DNA of 64,000 bases, taken from positions 1 to 64,000 of the forward strand of contig JAZDJN010000027.1 of the NCBI GenBank assembly GCA_043803945.1. Direction: 5' to 3'. Position numbers and translations under genes: made by a program. Origin of the DNA: a bacterium. Its GTDB lineage: Bacteria; Bacteroidota; Ignavibacteria; UBA10030. Shown here one piece after another: positions 29,438 to 38,702 of the stretch (the first letter of the stretch is position 1; every line of letters starts with the position of its first letter). The notes below the pieces were generated by a model. It was given only the letters and a program-made list of their open reading frames with translations, did not search any database and was not told the DNA's origin.

Positions 29438-29462
29438 ATACCTCACCGCATGGGACTGTCGT

Positions 29463-30629
29463 ATGAAAAAAATTGCAGTCATATTCGGAACCAGGCCCGA
29501 TACCATCAAATTGGCACCGGTGATTCTTGAGTTGCAGAAAAGCAGCAAGCAGTTCAAGGTGCTCACTATTGCCACCGCCCAGCATCGACAGATGCTGGAT
29601 CAGGTTCTTTCGGTGTTTCATATTACTCCCGATTATGATTTGAATATCATGCAGGCAAAACAATCGCTTGCGAGCATCGTGCACAATACCATCAAAGCAC
29701 TCGATGCGATTCTGGAGCAGGAACGACCTGATCTCGTCCTGGTTCAGGGCGATACCACAACGACATTTGTCGGAAGCCTGGCAGCTTTTTACAGAAAGAT
29801 TCCTGTCGGTCATGTCGAGGCAGGTTTACGGACGTATGATAAATTCAATCCATTTCCCGAGGAAATTAATCGCCGGCTCACAGGCACACTGACTGATCTG
29901 CATTTTGCGCCGACACAAACTTCAAAACGCGCTCTCCTCAAAGAGAACATCCATCCGAAATCCATCTTTGTCACAGGGAATACCGTTATTGATGCATTGA
30001 AGATGACGGTGACCCGTAGGCATACATTTTCATTGCCGGTATTGACTACGATTCTTGCTCAAAAGAAACGAATCATTTTGGTGACGCTCCACAGGCGGGA
30101 AAATTGGGGCGAACCGATGAAGAGCGCATGCCGGGCAATCCGAGCAATTTCTGAGCAGCATCAGGACATCAATATTATTTTCCCTGTCCACTTAAACCCG
30201 ATAGTTCAGGAAGTTGTCCATGCAACATTAGGTAATCTTGATAATGTTTACCTGGTCGCTCCGTTGGAATACCCTGATTTTGTCAATGTGATTGCCAGGT
30301 CGTTTCTTATCATCACGGATTCTGGTGGAGTTCAGGAGGAAGGCCCGCATTTTGGAATACCGATTCTGGTGATAAGAAAAGTTACAGAACGGCCAGAGGC
30401 AGTTGAGTATGGGACTGTGAAACTCGTCGGTACCGGGGAGAAAAAGCTTTTATCCGCCGCAGAGCGTCTTATCACCAACACGCATGAGTATCGTAAGATG
30501 GCTTCTGCCATCAATCCTTATGGCGACGGCCTCTCTTCAAAACGAATTGTTCAGATCATAAAATACTCGCTTGGCATATCACGGACGAAAATCAAAGAAT
30601 TTGTCCCTGGTAAGAAGAGAAAGCAATGA
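29463..30629 (+). CDS. wecB: UDP-N-acetylglucosamine 2-epimerase (non-hydrolysing)
   Basis: FGTRPD, QHRQML, VQGDT, HVEAGLR, PFPEE, TDSGGVQEE, NPYGDG. Confidence 0.97.
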   Translation: MKKIAVIFGTRPDTIKLAPVILELQKSSKQFKVLTIATAQHRQMLDQVLSVFHITPDYDLNIMQAKQSLASIVHNTIKALDAILEQERPDLVLVQGDTTTTFVGSLAAFYRKIPVGHVEAGLRTYDKFNPFPEEINRRLTGTLTDLHFAPTQTSKRALLKENIHPKSIFVTGNTVIDALKMTVTRRHTFSLPVLTTILAQKKRIILVTLHRRENWGEPMKSACRAIRAISEQHQDINIIFPVHLNPIVQEVVHATLGNLDNVYLVAPLEYPDFVNVIARSFLIITDSGGVQEEGPHFGIPILVIRKVTERPEAVEYGTVKLVGTGEKKLLSAAERLITNTHEYRKMASAINPYGDGLSSKRIVQIIKYSLGISRTKIKEFVPGKKRKQ

Positions 30630-30660
30630 GTGATTCCAGAATTTATCCAGGAGAGAAAGC

Positions 30661-33600
30661 TTGATAAACCATTGCACGGAGATGTTTCACGGAAAAGCAG
30701 CAGTGATATCAACCGCATGCCGTTGTCTTGTTCTCATAGTTATTCTTCTATGGTGCTCAGCAACCACATCATATTCGCTTCCTCAATCCAAGACGAAAAA
30801 TATAATCATTCTGGTAGAAGGGGATACCAATCTTAAGAGCATTCCGATGGCCGGCGGGCGGCAGTTAGCAACTCTCTTTGGCCATTTCGATGTGAAAAGT
30901 ACAATCAAAGGTGTTAATCAATATACCGCAGGAGAGATGAACGGTTATGATCTTGTATACTACCTCGGTGACAAATTCAAGAATACTCCACCAACGAACT
31001 TTCTGAACGATATTCTCACCACGCGCAAAGATATTGTCTGGTTGAATACCGGCTTCGCTGAGTTCTCCAAGACCCATGATGTTCAGAAGACATTTGGATT
31101 TTCTGTCAGCGCCATTGATTCTTCCTCCGGCTATGAGATTGTCAAGTCCGGGACCAAGGTATTCACCAAAGGTGATAAACCGACTGCGGTGATCCAGATT
31201 GCCGATAGGGAATTAGTTAAGGTATTGGCGACCACATATTCTCCCTCTCGAAAGAAAGAAATTCCCTACATCGTCAAGTCGAAGAACCTCACATATATTG
31301 GCGACTCTCCCTTCTCCTATGCCAGCGAGACCGACCGCTATCTCCTCTTCGCTGATATGCTGCATGATATCCTCGGTGAGCAGCATGAGGAATCCCATTC
31401 GGCGATTATCCGTATCGAAGATATCAGTCCCATGGATGATCCAGAGAGACTCCGTGATATTGCCGATCTGTTTGCCTCCCACAATGTCCCGTTCCTCGTC
31501 GGCGTGATTCCGTTCTATGTCAATCCTTCCACCGGAACCCGGCTCGGATTATCTGATAAACCGGAGCTGGTGGATGCGCTCAAATATGTGGTGCACAACG
31601 GCGGTGCGCTGGTAATGCATGGCAGCACGCATCAATATAAAGGAGTGACAGCTTCGGATTTCGAATTCTGGAATCAGATGACGAATAAACCAATCGCCGA
31701 TGAATCGGAATCAACCTTCTCGAAAAAGATTGAGTCGGGCATTCAGGAATTCATGAAAAACGGCCTCTACCCGATCGTATGGGAGACCCCCCACTATACC
31801 GGATCCTTTCTATTGTACAAGACCATTGCGAAATACTTCAGCAGTGCAATGGAGCCGCGATTGGCGATTGAAGATATTGACCAAAGCCAGTTCTTCCCTT
31901 ACATCATTGCGAAAGATCTCTTTGGTCAAAAGCTCTATCCTGAGAATCTTGGCTATGTTCCGTTCGATGAGGATCCACGAATCGGCGAGGAAGCAGTTCA
32001 AACGATTTTAAGAGGTGCCAAAGCAAACCTTGCTGTGCGTGACGGGTTTGCTGCTTGTTTTTTTCATTCCTTCAATGAACTCGATTTACTTGAAGAGCTC
32101 GTGGATGGTATTCTTGCGCTTGGTTATAAATTTTATGATTTGCGTGATCAGAATAATTGGGTAAAGACATCCGACAGAATAATTCTGACCGGAAGCCAGG
32201 ACTATACACTGAAACTCAACGGGCAGTATCTCTCCGAAGCGTACTACGATGTTGACGGGCAAATAAAACAGGAGCTGTATTCAGAGAACAGAATTGATGG
32301 CACAATCACCAAATCGATCTCACTGGCACCGGGTGAACTCTACCGCGCAGAACCGGTGGAGTACCGTGAACGGAAGCTGACGATGACTGAGAAACTTGCC
32401 AACAGCCTCGATCGTGCGTACCAGCATATCTTCACTTCAACCGATGTGTGGAAGGAAGCCCGTGTTGCCATTCTCTGGAATCATTATGCGCGCGGCTCGG
32501 CGTACAATGATCAGGCTTCTTTCGCTTCCACATTTCAGAGCATCAACATTAAGGTCGATACTATTTTCCTTGGACAGCAGATCAATCTTCAACCGTATAA
32601 CCTGGTTGTCGTACCGTATGTTTTCATCGACTCCCTTTCGGAGAGTGATTACACAACTCTTGCGGATTACGTGAAACGTGGTGGGAATATGATCACCGAC
32701 ACGAAAAGCTCTCTGACTGATCATTTCGGCATCAAGTTTAGTGAGACAAAAATCAGAATTCGCAGGATCCGCGACCGATTTTTCCCGGAAGAGGCAATCG
32801 CCTGGCGTTATGCCGAACTGGTCAATAAAATTGAGATCGATGATCCCGACGAGATCTTGTGCTCTGATGAGGTTACCCAAATGCCGATGGTGATTGGGAA
32901 GCACGTTGGGAAAGGGAAAATCATCTTTTTCAATTCCCGATTCGATCCTTACTCTCAACAGGGCTATAGTCTCTACCCGTATCTTCTCGAGTATGTGAGA
33001 AAGTTCTTTAATCTCTCGCCGATTGTTCGGAGAGATAACCTCGAAGTATATTTCGATACTGGATTCCGGATAAATTTCAGTACAGAAAATCTGATCAAGC
33101 AATGGGTGACACAGGGGATTCGGATTATCCATGCCGCCGGCTGGCATCAATACCCCCACTTTACATTTGATTATCGGCGCCTGATCGACCTGGCCCATGC
33201 CAATGGAATGCTGGTGTATGCCTGGCTTGAACCGCCGCAGGTGAGTCAGAAGTTCTGGCTTGAACATCCGGAGTGGCGTGAGAAAAATTATAAAAATCTC
33301 GATGTCCAACCTTCATGGCGGTACCCTGTTGCGATGACAGATCCAAAATGCCTTGAAGCCCTTGCACAAGAGTTCAACACTCTTCTGGAGCAGTACGACT
33401 GGGATGGTGTGAATTTGGCAGAACTCTATTTTGAGGCTGGAAAAGGGCTGCAGGAGCCGAACCTTTTTACACCCATGCATCCCTCGGCAAAAAGTGAAAT
33501 CTTTAGAAAATATGGAATCGATATGAATACGGTGTTCGATTCAACATCGGCATCGTATTGGAAGCATCACCCTTCCGTCGAGAATTCCATTACCACATAC

Positions 33601-34656
33601 CGGGTCAATAAGCTCCGTGAGGTCTATGAACTTCTTTTGTCGATGTTCGAAAGGATTGCCCAACAGAAGGCTGGCTTCGAGATTATGGTCACAGCCATGG
33701 AAAGTCTCGGGTCTCCGGAATTGCGGGAATACATTGGCGTGGATATGAAGAGTATTCTAGAACTCCAGAAAAAATTTCAATTTACTTTACAGATAGAAGA
33801 TCCAGAGCTTCGCTGGTCATCTAATCCGCAGCGCTATATTGAAATTGGGAATCGGTACAGGGGGCTTCTTGGCGGAGATTCCAAACTGGCACTGGACCTC
33901 AATATTCTCACCTTCAGGAAGGGAAATGTTGTCACACCGTTTCCCACATTGATTCAAACCGGTACGGAATGTTTTCAGTTGATTCGGGCTGCTGCTTTGG
34001 GTGCCCCACGATTCACGATCTATTCCGAGTCCAGTGTGAATCCTCAGGACATGACGTTCCTCCCATTTGCTGCCTCGCCGCACGTACAATATCGGTATAT
34101 CCAAAATGGGTTTGAATTTTATTCCCCCTATTCTTTTACCTTACAGCTTCCACCGGCAATCACCATCATTACCGTCGATGGAGCATTACTCGTACCACAT
34201 CGCGAAAATCTGTTTACCATTCCGGCGGGAACACATTCGGTTCGTCTGTCACGTGAGTCCATTGGTTCGTTTTCCGCAAGCGACCTCCAGGCAAAAATTC
34301 TTTCCTGCAGCGGGAATCTTACTTCTGTGCTGTACGGGATGCACGATATGAAGTTTACCTATGAATCAACGACCCGGACATTGATTTCGGTGAATCGCAA
34401 ACCAACAGCCATCAAAGTCGACCAGCAGGAGTATCACCCCACCGTAATGAAGGGGAATGATTGCTTCACAATTTTCCTGCCGCCAGGGAACCATGAGGTT
34501 GAGTTAAGAGCGGGCGATGCTATTTCGTACGGCATCAATCTGACATCCATCTGGTCGTCGACCGGCATTGCGATCTTTGGCACTCTCGCGGTAGCGATGC
34601 TTTTCGTTATGTACCTTCTTTTAAAAACCCTTCGAAAAAAGTATTCATCCGTCTGA
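30661..34656 (+). CDS. Multidomain DUF2334 (YdaL-like) polysaccharide deacetylase fused to a TIM-barrel glycoside hydrolase-like domain, with C-terminal TM anchor
   Basis: IRIEDISP, HGSTHQY, WETPHY, FFH (NodB-like); LIDLAHANGMLVYAW, YDWDGVNLAELYF (GHL10/PgaB-like); final TM helix plus basic tail. Confidence 0.8.
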   Translation: MINHCTEMFHGKAAVISTACRCLVLIVILLWCSATTSYSLPQSKTKNIIILVEGDTNLKSIPMAGGRQLATLFGHFDVKSTIKGVNQYTAGEMNGYDLVYYLGDKFKNTPPTNFLNDILTTRKDIVWLNTGFAEFSKTHDVQKTFGFSVSAIDSSSGYEIVKSGTKVFTKGDKPTAVIQIADRELVKVLATTYSPSRKKEIPYIVKSKNLTYIGDSPFSYASETDRYLLFADMLHDILGEQHEESHSAIIRIEDISPMDDPERLRDIADLFASHNVPFLVGVIPFYVNPSTGTRLGLSDKPELVDALKYVVHNGGALVMHGSTHQYKGVTASDFEFWNQMTNKPIADESESTFSKKIESGIQEFMKNGLYPIVWETPHYTGSFLLYKTIAKYFSSAMEPRLAIEDIDQSQFFPYIIAKDLFGQKLYPENLGYVPFDEDPRIGEEAVQTILRGAKANLAVRDGFAACFFHSFNELDLLEELVDGILALGYKFYDLRDQNNWVKTSDRIILTGSQDYTLKLNGQYLSEAYYDVDGQIKQELYSENRIDGTITKSISLAPGELYRAEPVEYRERKLTMTEKLANSLDRAYQHIFTSTDVWKEARVAILWNHYARGSAYNDQASFASTFQSINIKVDTIFLGQQINLQPYNLVVVPYVFIDSLSESDYTTLADYVKRGGNMITDTKSSLTDHFGIKFSETKIRIRRIRDRFFPEEAIAWRYAELVNKIEIDDPDEILCSDEVTQMPMVIGKHVGKGKIIFFNSRFDPYSQQGYSLYPYLLEYVRKFFNLSPIVRRDNLEVYFDTGFRINFSTENLIKQWVTQGIRIIHAAGWHQYPHFTFDYRRLIDLAHANGMLVYAWLEPPQVSQKFWLEHPEWREKNYKNLDVQPSWRYPVAMTDPKCLEALAQEFNTLLEQYDWDGVNLAELYFEAGKGLQEPNLFTPMHPSAKSEIFRKYGIDMNTVFDSTSASYWKHHPSVENSITTYRVNKLREVYELLLSMFERIAQQKAGFEIMVTAMESLGSPELREYIGVDMKSILELQKKFQFTLQIEDPELRWSSNPQRYIEIGNRYRGLLGGDSKLALDLNILTFRKGNVVTPFPTLIQTGTECFQLIRAAALGAPRFTIYSESSVNPQDMTFLPFAASPHVQYRYIQNGFEFYSPYSFTLQLPPAITIITVDGALLVPHRENLFTIPAGTHSVRLSRESIGSFSASDLQAKILSCSGNLTSVLYGMHDMKFTYESTTRTLISVNRKPTAIKVDQQEYHPTVMKGNDCFTIFLPPGNHEVELRAGDAISYGINLTSIWSSTGIAIFGTLAVAMLFVMYLLLKTLRKKYSSV

Positions 34657-34675
34657 CCAGGGAGCCCATCACACC

Positions 34676-35935
34676 ATGTCTGTTTTAGAAATCGATCTCA
34701 GTTTTCTCTTCCTCATCGCAGTCATCCTGATCTGGTTTATGATCGGCTATCAGTTCGTACTGACGCTCTTTGGGTATATCAATTTTATCCGATCCTTAAG
34801 GGAGAAGAACGAGATCGATCAGATGTCGTTTCAATTCCCTCTTTGTACGATCCTCATTCCGGCACATAATGAAGAAAAGGTCATTGCCAAAACGATCGAG
34901 TCGATGTTGAAGCTGAAGTATCCGAAGGAACAACTCCAGATTGTCGTTATTAACGACGGCTCGACAGATGCAACGAAGGAGATTAGTGCGAGATGTGCCA
35001 GAGAAGACTCACGGGTGGAATTGTACGATATTCCCCTCGGTGAAGGCGGTAAAGGAAAATCGAGAACATTGAATCTGGGGCTCAGTGCTGCCCGCGGTGA
35101 CATTATTGCCATCTACGATGCTGACAACACGCCACATGAAGATTCACTCCGCTATCTCGTGTCGCAATTGCTTCTGCATAAGGAGCTTGGCGCTGTGCTC
35201 GGGAAATTCCGGACGGTGAATAAAAACAGGAATTGGCTGACGAAGTTCATTAATATCGAAACCTTAAGTTTTCAGTCCATGCTTCAGGCAGGGAGATGGC
35301 AAATGCATAACATTGCCACGCTTCCCGGAACGAACTACGTGGTGTGGAGCTGGCTGATCAGAAAATTAGAAGGTTGGGATGAAGAGGCGCTGACGGAAGA
35401 TTCTGAGCTGAGTATCCGGATGTACGAAGAGGGATATAAAATTAAATTCATCCCGTATGCTATTACCTATGAACAGGAACCCGAAGAGTGGAAGGTGTGG
35501 ATTAAGCAGAGGGTTCGATGGGTACGCGGCAATAATTATGTGCTCTTAAAATTCCTCAAACATATTCCAAAGTTCAAGAATCGACGGCTGGCGTTCGACA
35601 TCCTCTACACCCTTGCTCTGTACTATATCTTTTTTGCAGCTATTGTAGTCTCCGACCTTCTGTTCCTGATTGGATTGTTCAACCTAGTCAGTATCTCTCT
35701 TCCCGGTCCGTACACGTTTGTCTGGCTTATTGCTTTTATCCTCTTCATCCTGGAAATCATTCTAGCAATCTCATTTGACGAAGAGGATAGTTTCAAGCAA
35801 ATCTGGTTTATTGTGCTCATGTATTTCTCGTACTGCCAGTTGTGGATTTATATCGTGGTGAAGGCTGTCTATGCGGAGTGGATTAAAAAAGAAAAACGGA
35901 CTTGGACAAAAACGATCCGGTTTGATACAGAATGA
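34676..35935 (+). CDS. Processive GT2 glycosyltransferase (YdaM/IcaA-like synthase)
   Basis: IPAHNEE, NDGSTD, YDAD, TEDSEL, QRVRW (D,D,D,QxxRW); N- and C-terminal TM helices. Confidence 0.92.
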   Translation: MSVLEIDLSFLFLIAVILIWFMIGYQFVLTLFGYINFIRSLREKNEIDQMSFQFPLCTILIPAHNEEKVIAKTIESMLKLKYPKEQLQIVVINDGSTDATKEISARCAREDSRVELYDIPLGEGGKGKSRTLNLGLSAARGDIIAIYDADNTPHEDSLRYLVSQLLLHKELGAVLGKFRTVNKNRNWLTKFINIETLSFQSMLQAGRWQMHNIATLPGTNYVVWSWLIRKLEGWDEEALTEDSELSIRMYEEGYKIKFIPYAITYEQEPEEWKVWIKQRVRWVRGNNYVLLKFLKHIPKFKNRRLAFDILYTLALYYIFFAAIVVSDLLFLIGLFNLVSISLPGPYTFVWLIAFILFILEIILAISFDEEDSFKQIWFIVLMYFSYCQLWIYIVVKAVYAEWIKKEKRTWTKTIRFDTE

Positions 35936-35990
35936 ACCCGAAACCGGACGACTCCAAGAGATATCGCAAACTCGCTGACTAACAAAGACT

Positions 35991-37427
35991 ATGAAGAGAT
36001 CTCCTCAACGAATACCATTCATCCTGTTTTGTCTTCTCGTGTGTGTTCTTTCCCTGCACTCTCAGAAAGTTCGGAACGATAGTCAAACGAAGAGCAACAA
36101 CGCAGCAAGTACACTGAGAAGTCAGTATGAAACCCGGCTCTCTCAGATATTCCTCACCAACGTCACCCGTCAGAAGCACTACGTCGATTCGCTTTCACGA
36201 GAGATTATCAAGCTTCGTGATATACTGCAGAGAGGTGTCAGTAAAGTCCATGACACGCTCATTGTTGCTGCAGCTCGTCTGTTCAATGCTTTGAGGAGAG
36301 ATTCATTGCAGCGAACCTCTTTCCTGTTGACACAACCTTTTCAATCGTTGACAGATCGCTGGAACACTCTCTCAGGTAATTTACTCAATCGTGAAACAAC
36401 GTTTCTTAAGGCACAGCAATCCTTATTCGGTCGATCGTCGATTTCAGATCAGGATGAATCTGTTGAAAGGATAGAGGAGTATTCATCGATTGCGGATAGT
36501 GTTTCTGAGATGGTTCTTGATTCGAGTTCCTGCTTTTTCGATACAATCATAGACAATCTCACCGAAGCTGCCGATGCTGCACGCGACTCGTTGGAGTCCG
36601 TCTATTGGCTTCTGGAGGAGGATCAACAGAAGGAGAATGATCTTCTTGCAGAGCGCCAGGAAGCGATTGCAGACAGTCTTGCCGAGGTGAAGGAACATGC
36701 TTCGAGACTTGTTGTTTCGATGTACTATAATCACCATGCAACGTATCGCGGCCGCGATAATGGGATTAGCTATAATTCATTTGTTCCAACCCTCACGTAT
36801 ACTCATCGATCGGGATTTTCTCTTGGGCTGATGGGAATCATTTTCCCCAATCACCCTGAGCGTCGTTATGAAGGTACCGGAGTAAGTCTGGGTTACTCGG
36901 GAGAAATTGCTGCTGTGGTGAGTTCCAGCATTACCTATACGCATTTTTGGTTTGGCAAGAACAGTGCGGAACCGCGCTCCTATATGAACGATAACCTCTG
37001 GGCTGATTTGGATATAAACCTCGGCAGCTTTTCCATGAATCTTGCATCAACGTATGATATAGGATCAAAATCCGAATTCAATGGTATCCTTACTTCGATG
37101 GTTCTTCTTGATCTTGGTAAACCATTCGGAGCAGACAGGTTCGTCGGCGGCCCGGTGCTTTCGGCGCTCTACGGGCAACAGGATGCAACCTTAACGAGTG
37201 TTCGATTAACCATCTTGAAAAAGAGAACGATCTCCACAACCGTCACCGAAGAGAAAAAAGTGTTTGGAGTTCTCTGCTATGAGCCGATGTTGATCCTCAG
37301 TTATCAGAAGGGGGGATTCAATCTGAAACCGTCGCTGGTATATGAAATTCCATTAAATGTTGTCGATAATAGCACCTCTCATCCCTTTCTCAATGTGACC
37401 TTGGAGATGAGTTATACCATCCGTTAA
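35991..37427 (+). CDS. Secreted protein with helical acidic N-half and C-terminal beta-barrel-like half
   Basis: Signal peptide, coiled-coil-like segment, ATYRGRDNG, amphipathic strands, terminal MSYTIR. Confidence 0.6.
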   Translation: MKRSPQRIPFILFCLLVCVLSLHSQKVRNDSQTKSNNAASTLRSQYETRLSQIFLTNVTRQKHYVDSLSREIIKLRDILQRGVSKVHDTLIVAAARLFNALRRDSLQRTSFLLTQPFQSLTDRWNTLSGNLLNRETTFLKAQQSLFGRSSISDQDESVERIEEYSSIADSVSEMVLDSSSCFFDTIIDNLTEAADAARDSLESVYWLLEEDQQKENDLLAERQEAIADSLAEVKEHASRLVVSMYYNHHATYRGRDNGISYNSFVPTLTYTHRSGFSLGLMGIIFPNHPERRYEGTGVSLGYSGEIAAVVSSSITYTHFWFGKNSAEPRSYMNDNLWADLDINLGSFSMNLASTYDIGSKSEFNGILTSMVLLDLGKPFGADRFVGGPVLSALYGQQDATLTSVRLTILKKRTISTTVTEEKKVFGVLCYEPMLILSYQKGGFNLKPSLVYEIPLNVVDNSTSHPFLNVTLEMSYTIR

Positions 37428-37566
37428 AGATGATCTGCGGGTAAAATCGATCGTGCGCTTTCAGGTTTATGCACTGAACAATAGAAGATCGGCACTGAAA
37501 AAATTGTTGAGCACGATTAATCTTCGTGCTTGTTGAAAAACTATTCTTTATCGAAAGAGGCTCACT

Positions 37567-38088
37567 ATGAAAATCAGAATGTTGCTTGCGGTTCTTTTGG
37601 TACTCTGCTTTGCACAGATGCTTGTTGGTCAGCAATCGAATCCCGTCTGGGAGAAGTGGCAGTATTTGCTCGGCACATGGATTGGTGAAGGAAGCGGTCA
37701 ACCGGGACAAGGTAGCGGCTCATTTACATTCCAAACTGATCTTAGCGGCTCGGTCATCATCCGGAAAAGTCAAACAACCTTTCCTGCGACCAAGGATAAA
37801 GGAGCAAGCCTTCATGAGGATTTGTTAATTATCTATTTGGATTATTCTGGAGTGCCTTCAAAAGCAATTTACTTCGATAATGAACGACACGCCATCAACT
37901 ATACCGTTATGTATCGTGATCAAGTGATCGTGTTCACCAGTGAAAGTATCAAAAATGCTCCACGATTTCGGTTATCCTACGAGCCGATTGATCGCAATAT
38001 CGTGAATACCAAATTTGAGATCGCCTCGCCTCAGAATCAGGATGAGTTTAAAACCTATATCGAAGGGAAATCCAGAAGGAAAGAATAA
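37567..38088 (+). CDS. Secreted lipocalin/nitrobindin-like beta-barrel hypothetical protein
   Basis: Signal peptide, WQYLLGTWIGEG, AIYFDNE. Confidence 0.6.
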   Translation: MKIRMLLAVLLVLCFAQMLVGQQSNPVWEKWQYLLGTWIGEGSGQPGQGSGSFTFQTDLSGSVIIRKSQTTFPATKDKGASLHEDLLIIYLDYSGVPSKAIYFDNERHAINYTVMYRDQVIVFTSESIKNAPRFRLSYEPIDRNIVNTKFEIASPQNQDEFKTYIEGKSRRKE

Positions 38089-38194
38089 TATCAGCTTGGA
38101 GTTGTTTGGCTAATTTATCAATGGTCGGAAATGCAGTTTGGAACTTGCATCTCATTCCGGAAATAGGTATCTATTACAGGGTGGAAAAAAATCG

Positions 38195-38545
38195 ATGAAT
38201 AGAAAATTCACACAGCATATTGCAGCCAGCGTCCTTCTGCTCTACCTCTGTGTGGGTTTCCTTGGTAGCCTCGAGGTGATATCGAATCTGTTCCGGCCTC
38301 CGACACCGGTCACCTCTTTCCGGGTATCGAAACCTCTCCCGCCAACATCATGCAAAATCATCTGGACTCAGTATAAGCATATCCCGAGCAGTCCAAAGGT
38401 GGTGGTTCAAACCCAGGCGATACTCACTGATCCAATTTCGATCGAACGAAAAGAATTTTCTACTCTAGTCATTCCTTTTCAGGTTTCAGGATATACATCT
38501 CCTCAACATTCTTCCGGCTCTTCTCGCGCTCCACCTTCAGCATAA
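38195..38545 (+). CDS. Putative leader ORF/arrest peptide ending in RAPP
   Basis: N-terminal hydrophobic segment, Pro/Ser-rich linker, C-terminus SSRAPPSA* (RAPP codons 38525-38536). Confidence 0.7.
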   Translation: MNRKFTQHIAASVLLLYLCVGFLGSLEVISNLFRPPTPVTSFRVSKPLPPTSCKIIWTQYKHIPSSPKVVVQTQAILTDPISIERKEFSTLVIPFQVSGYTSPQHSSGSSRAPPSA

Positions 38546-38574
38546 CATTTCTCAAATCAATACTGTAGACGAAT

Positions 38575-38669
38575 CTTAGAACTCAAGTCTGCTCGTGTTC
38601 TGATAAATTCATTTATACGAATTCATTTCATGCGATGAGGAGCAGAAGAGAATCCTCTCTTGTTCTAAG
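38575..38669 (+). promoter_or_regulatory. Candidate structured RNA between the leader ORF and nhaA
   Basis: CTTAGAAC/GTTCTAAG encloses TCTGCTC/GAGCAGA and AGAGA/TCTCT stems; followed by a pyrimidine run. Confidence 0.45.
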
Positions 38670-38702
38670 TTTCTTTCCACTGAAGTAAGAAGGGTGAGTG
38701 TC

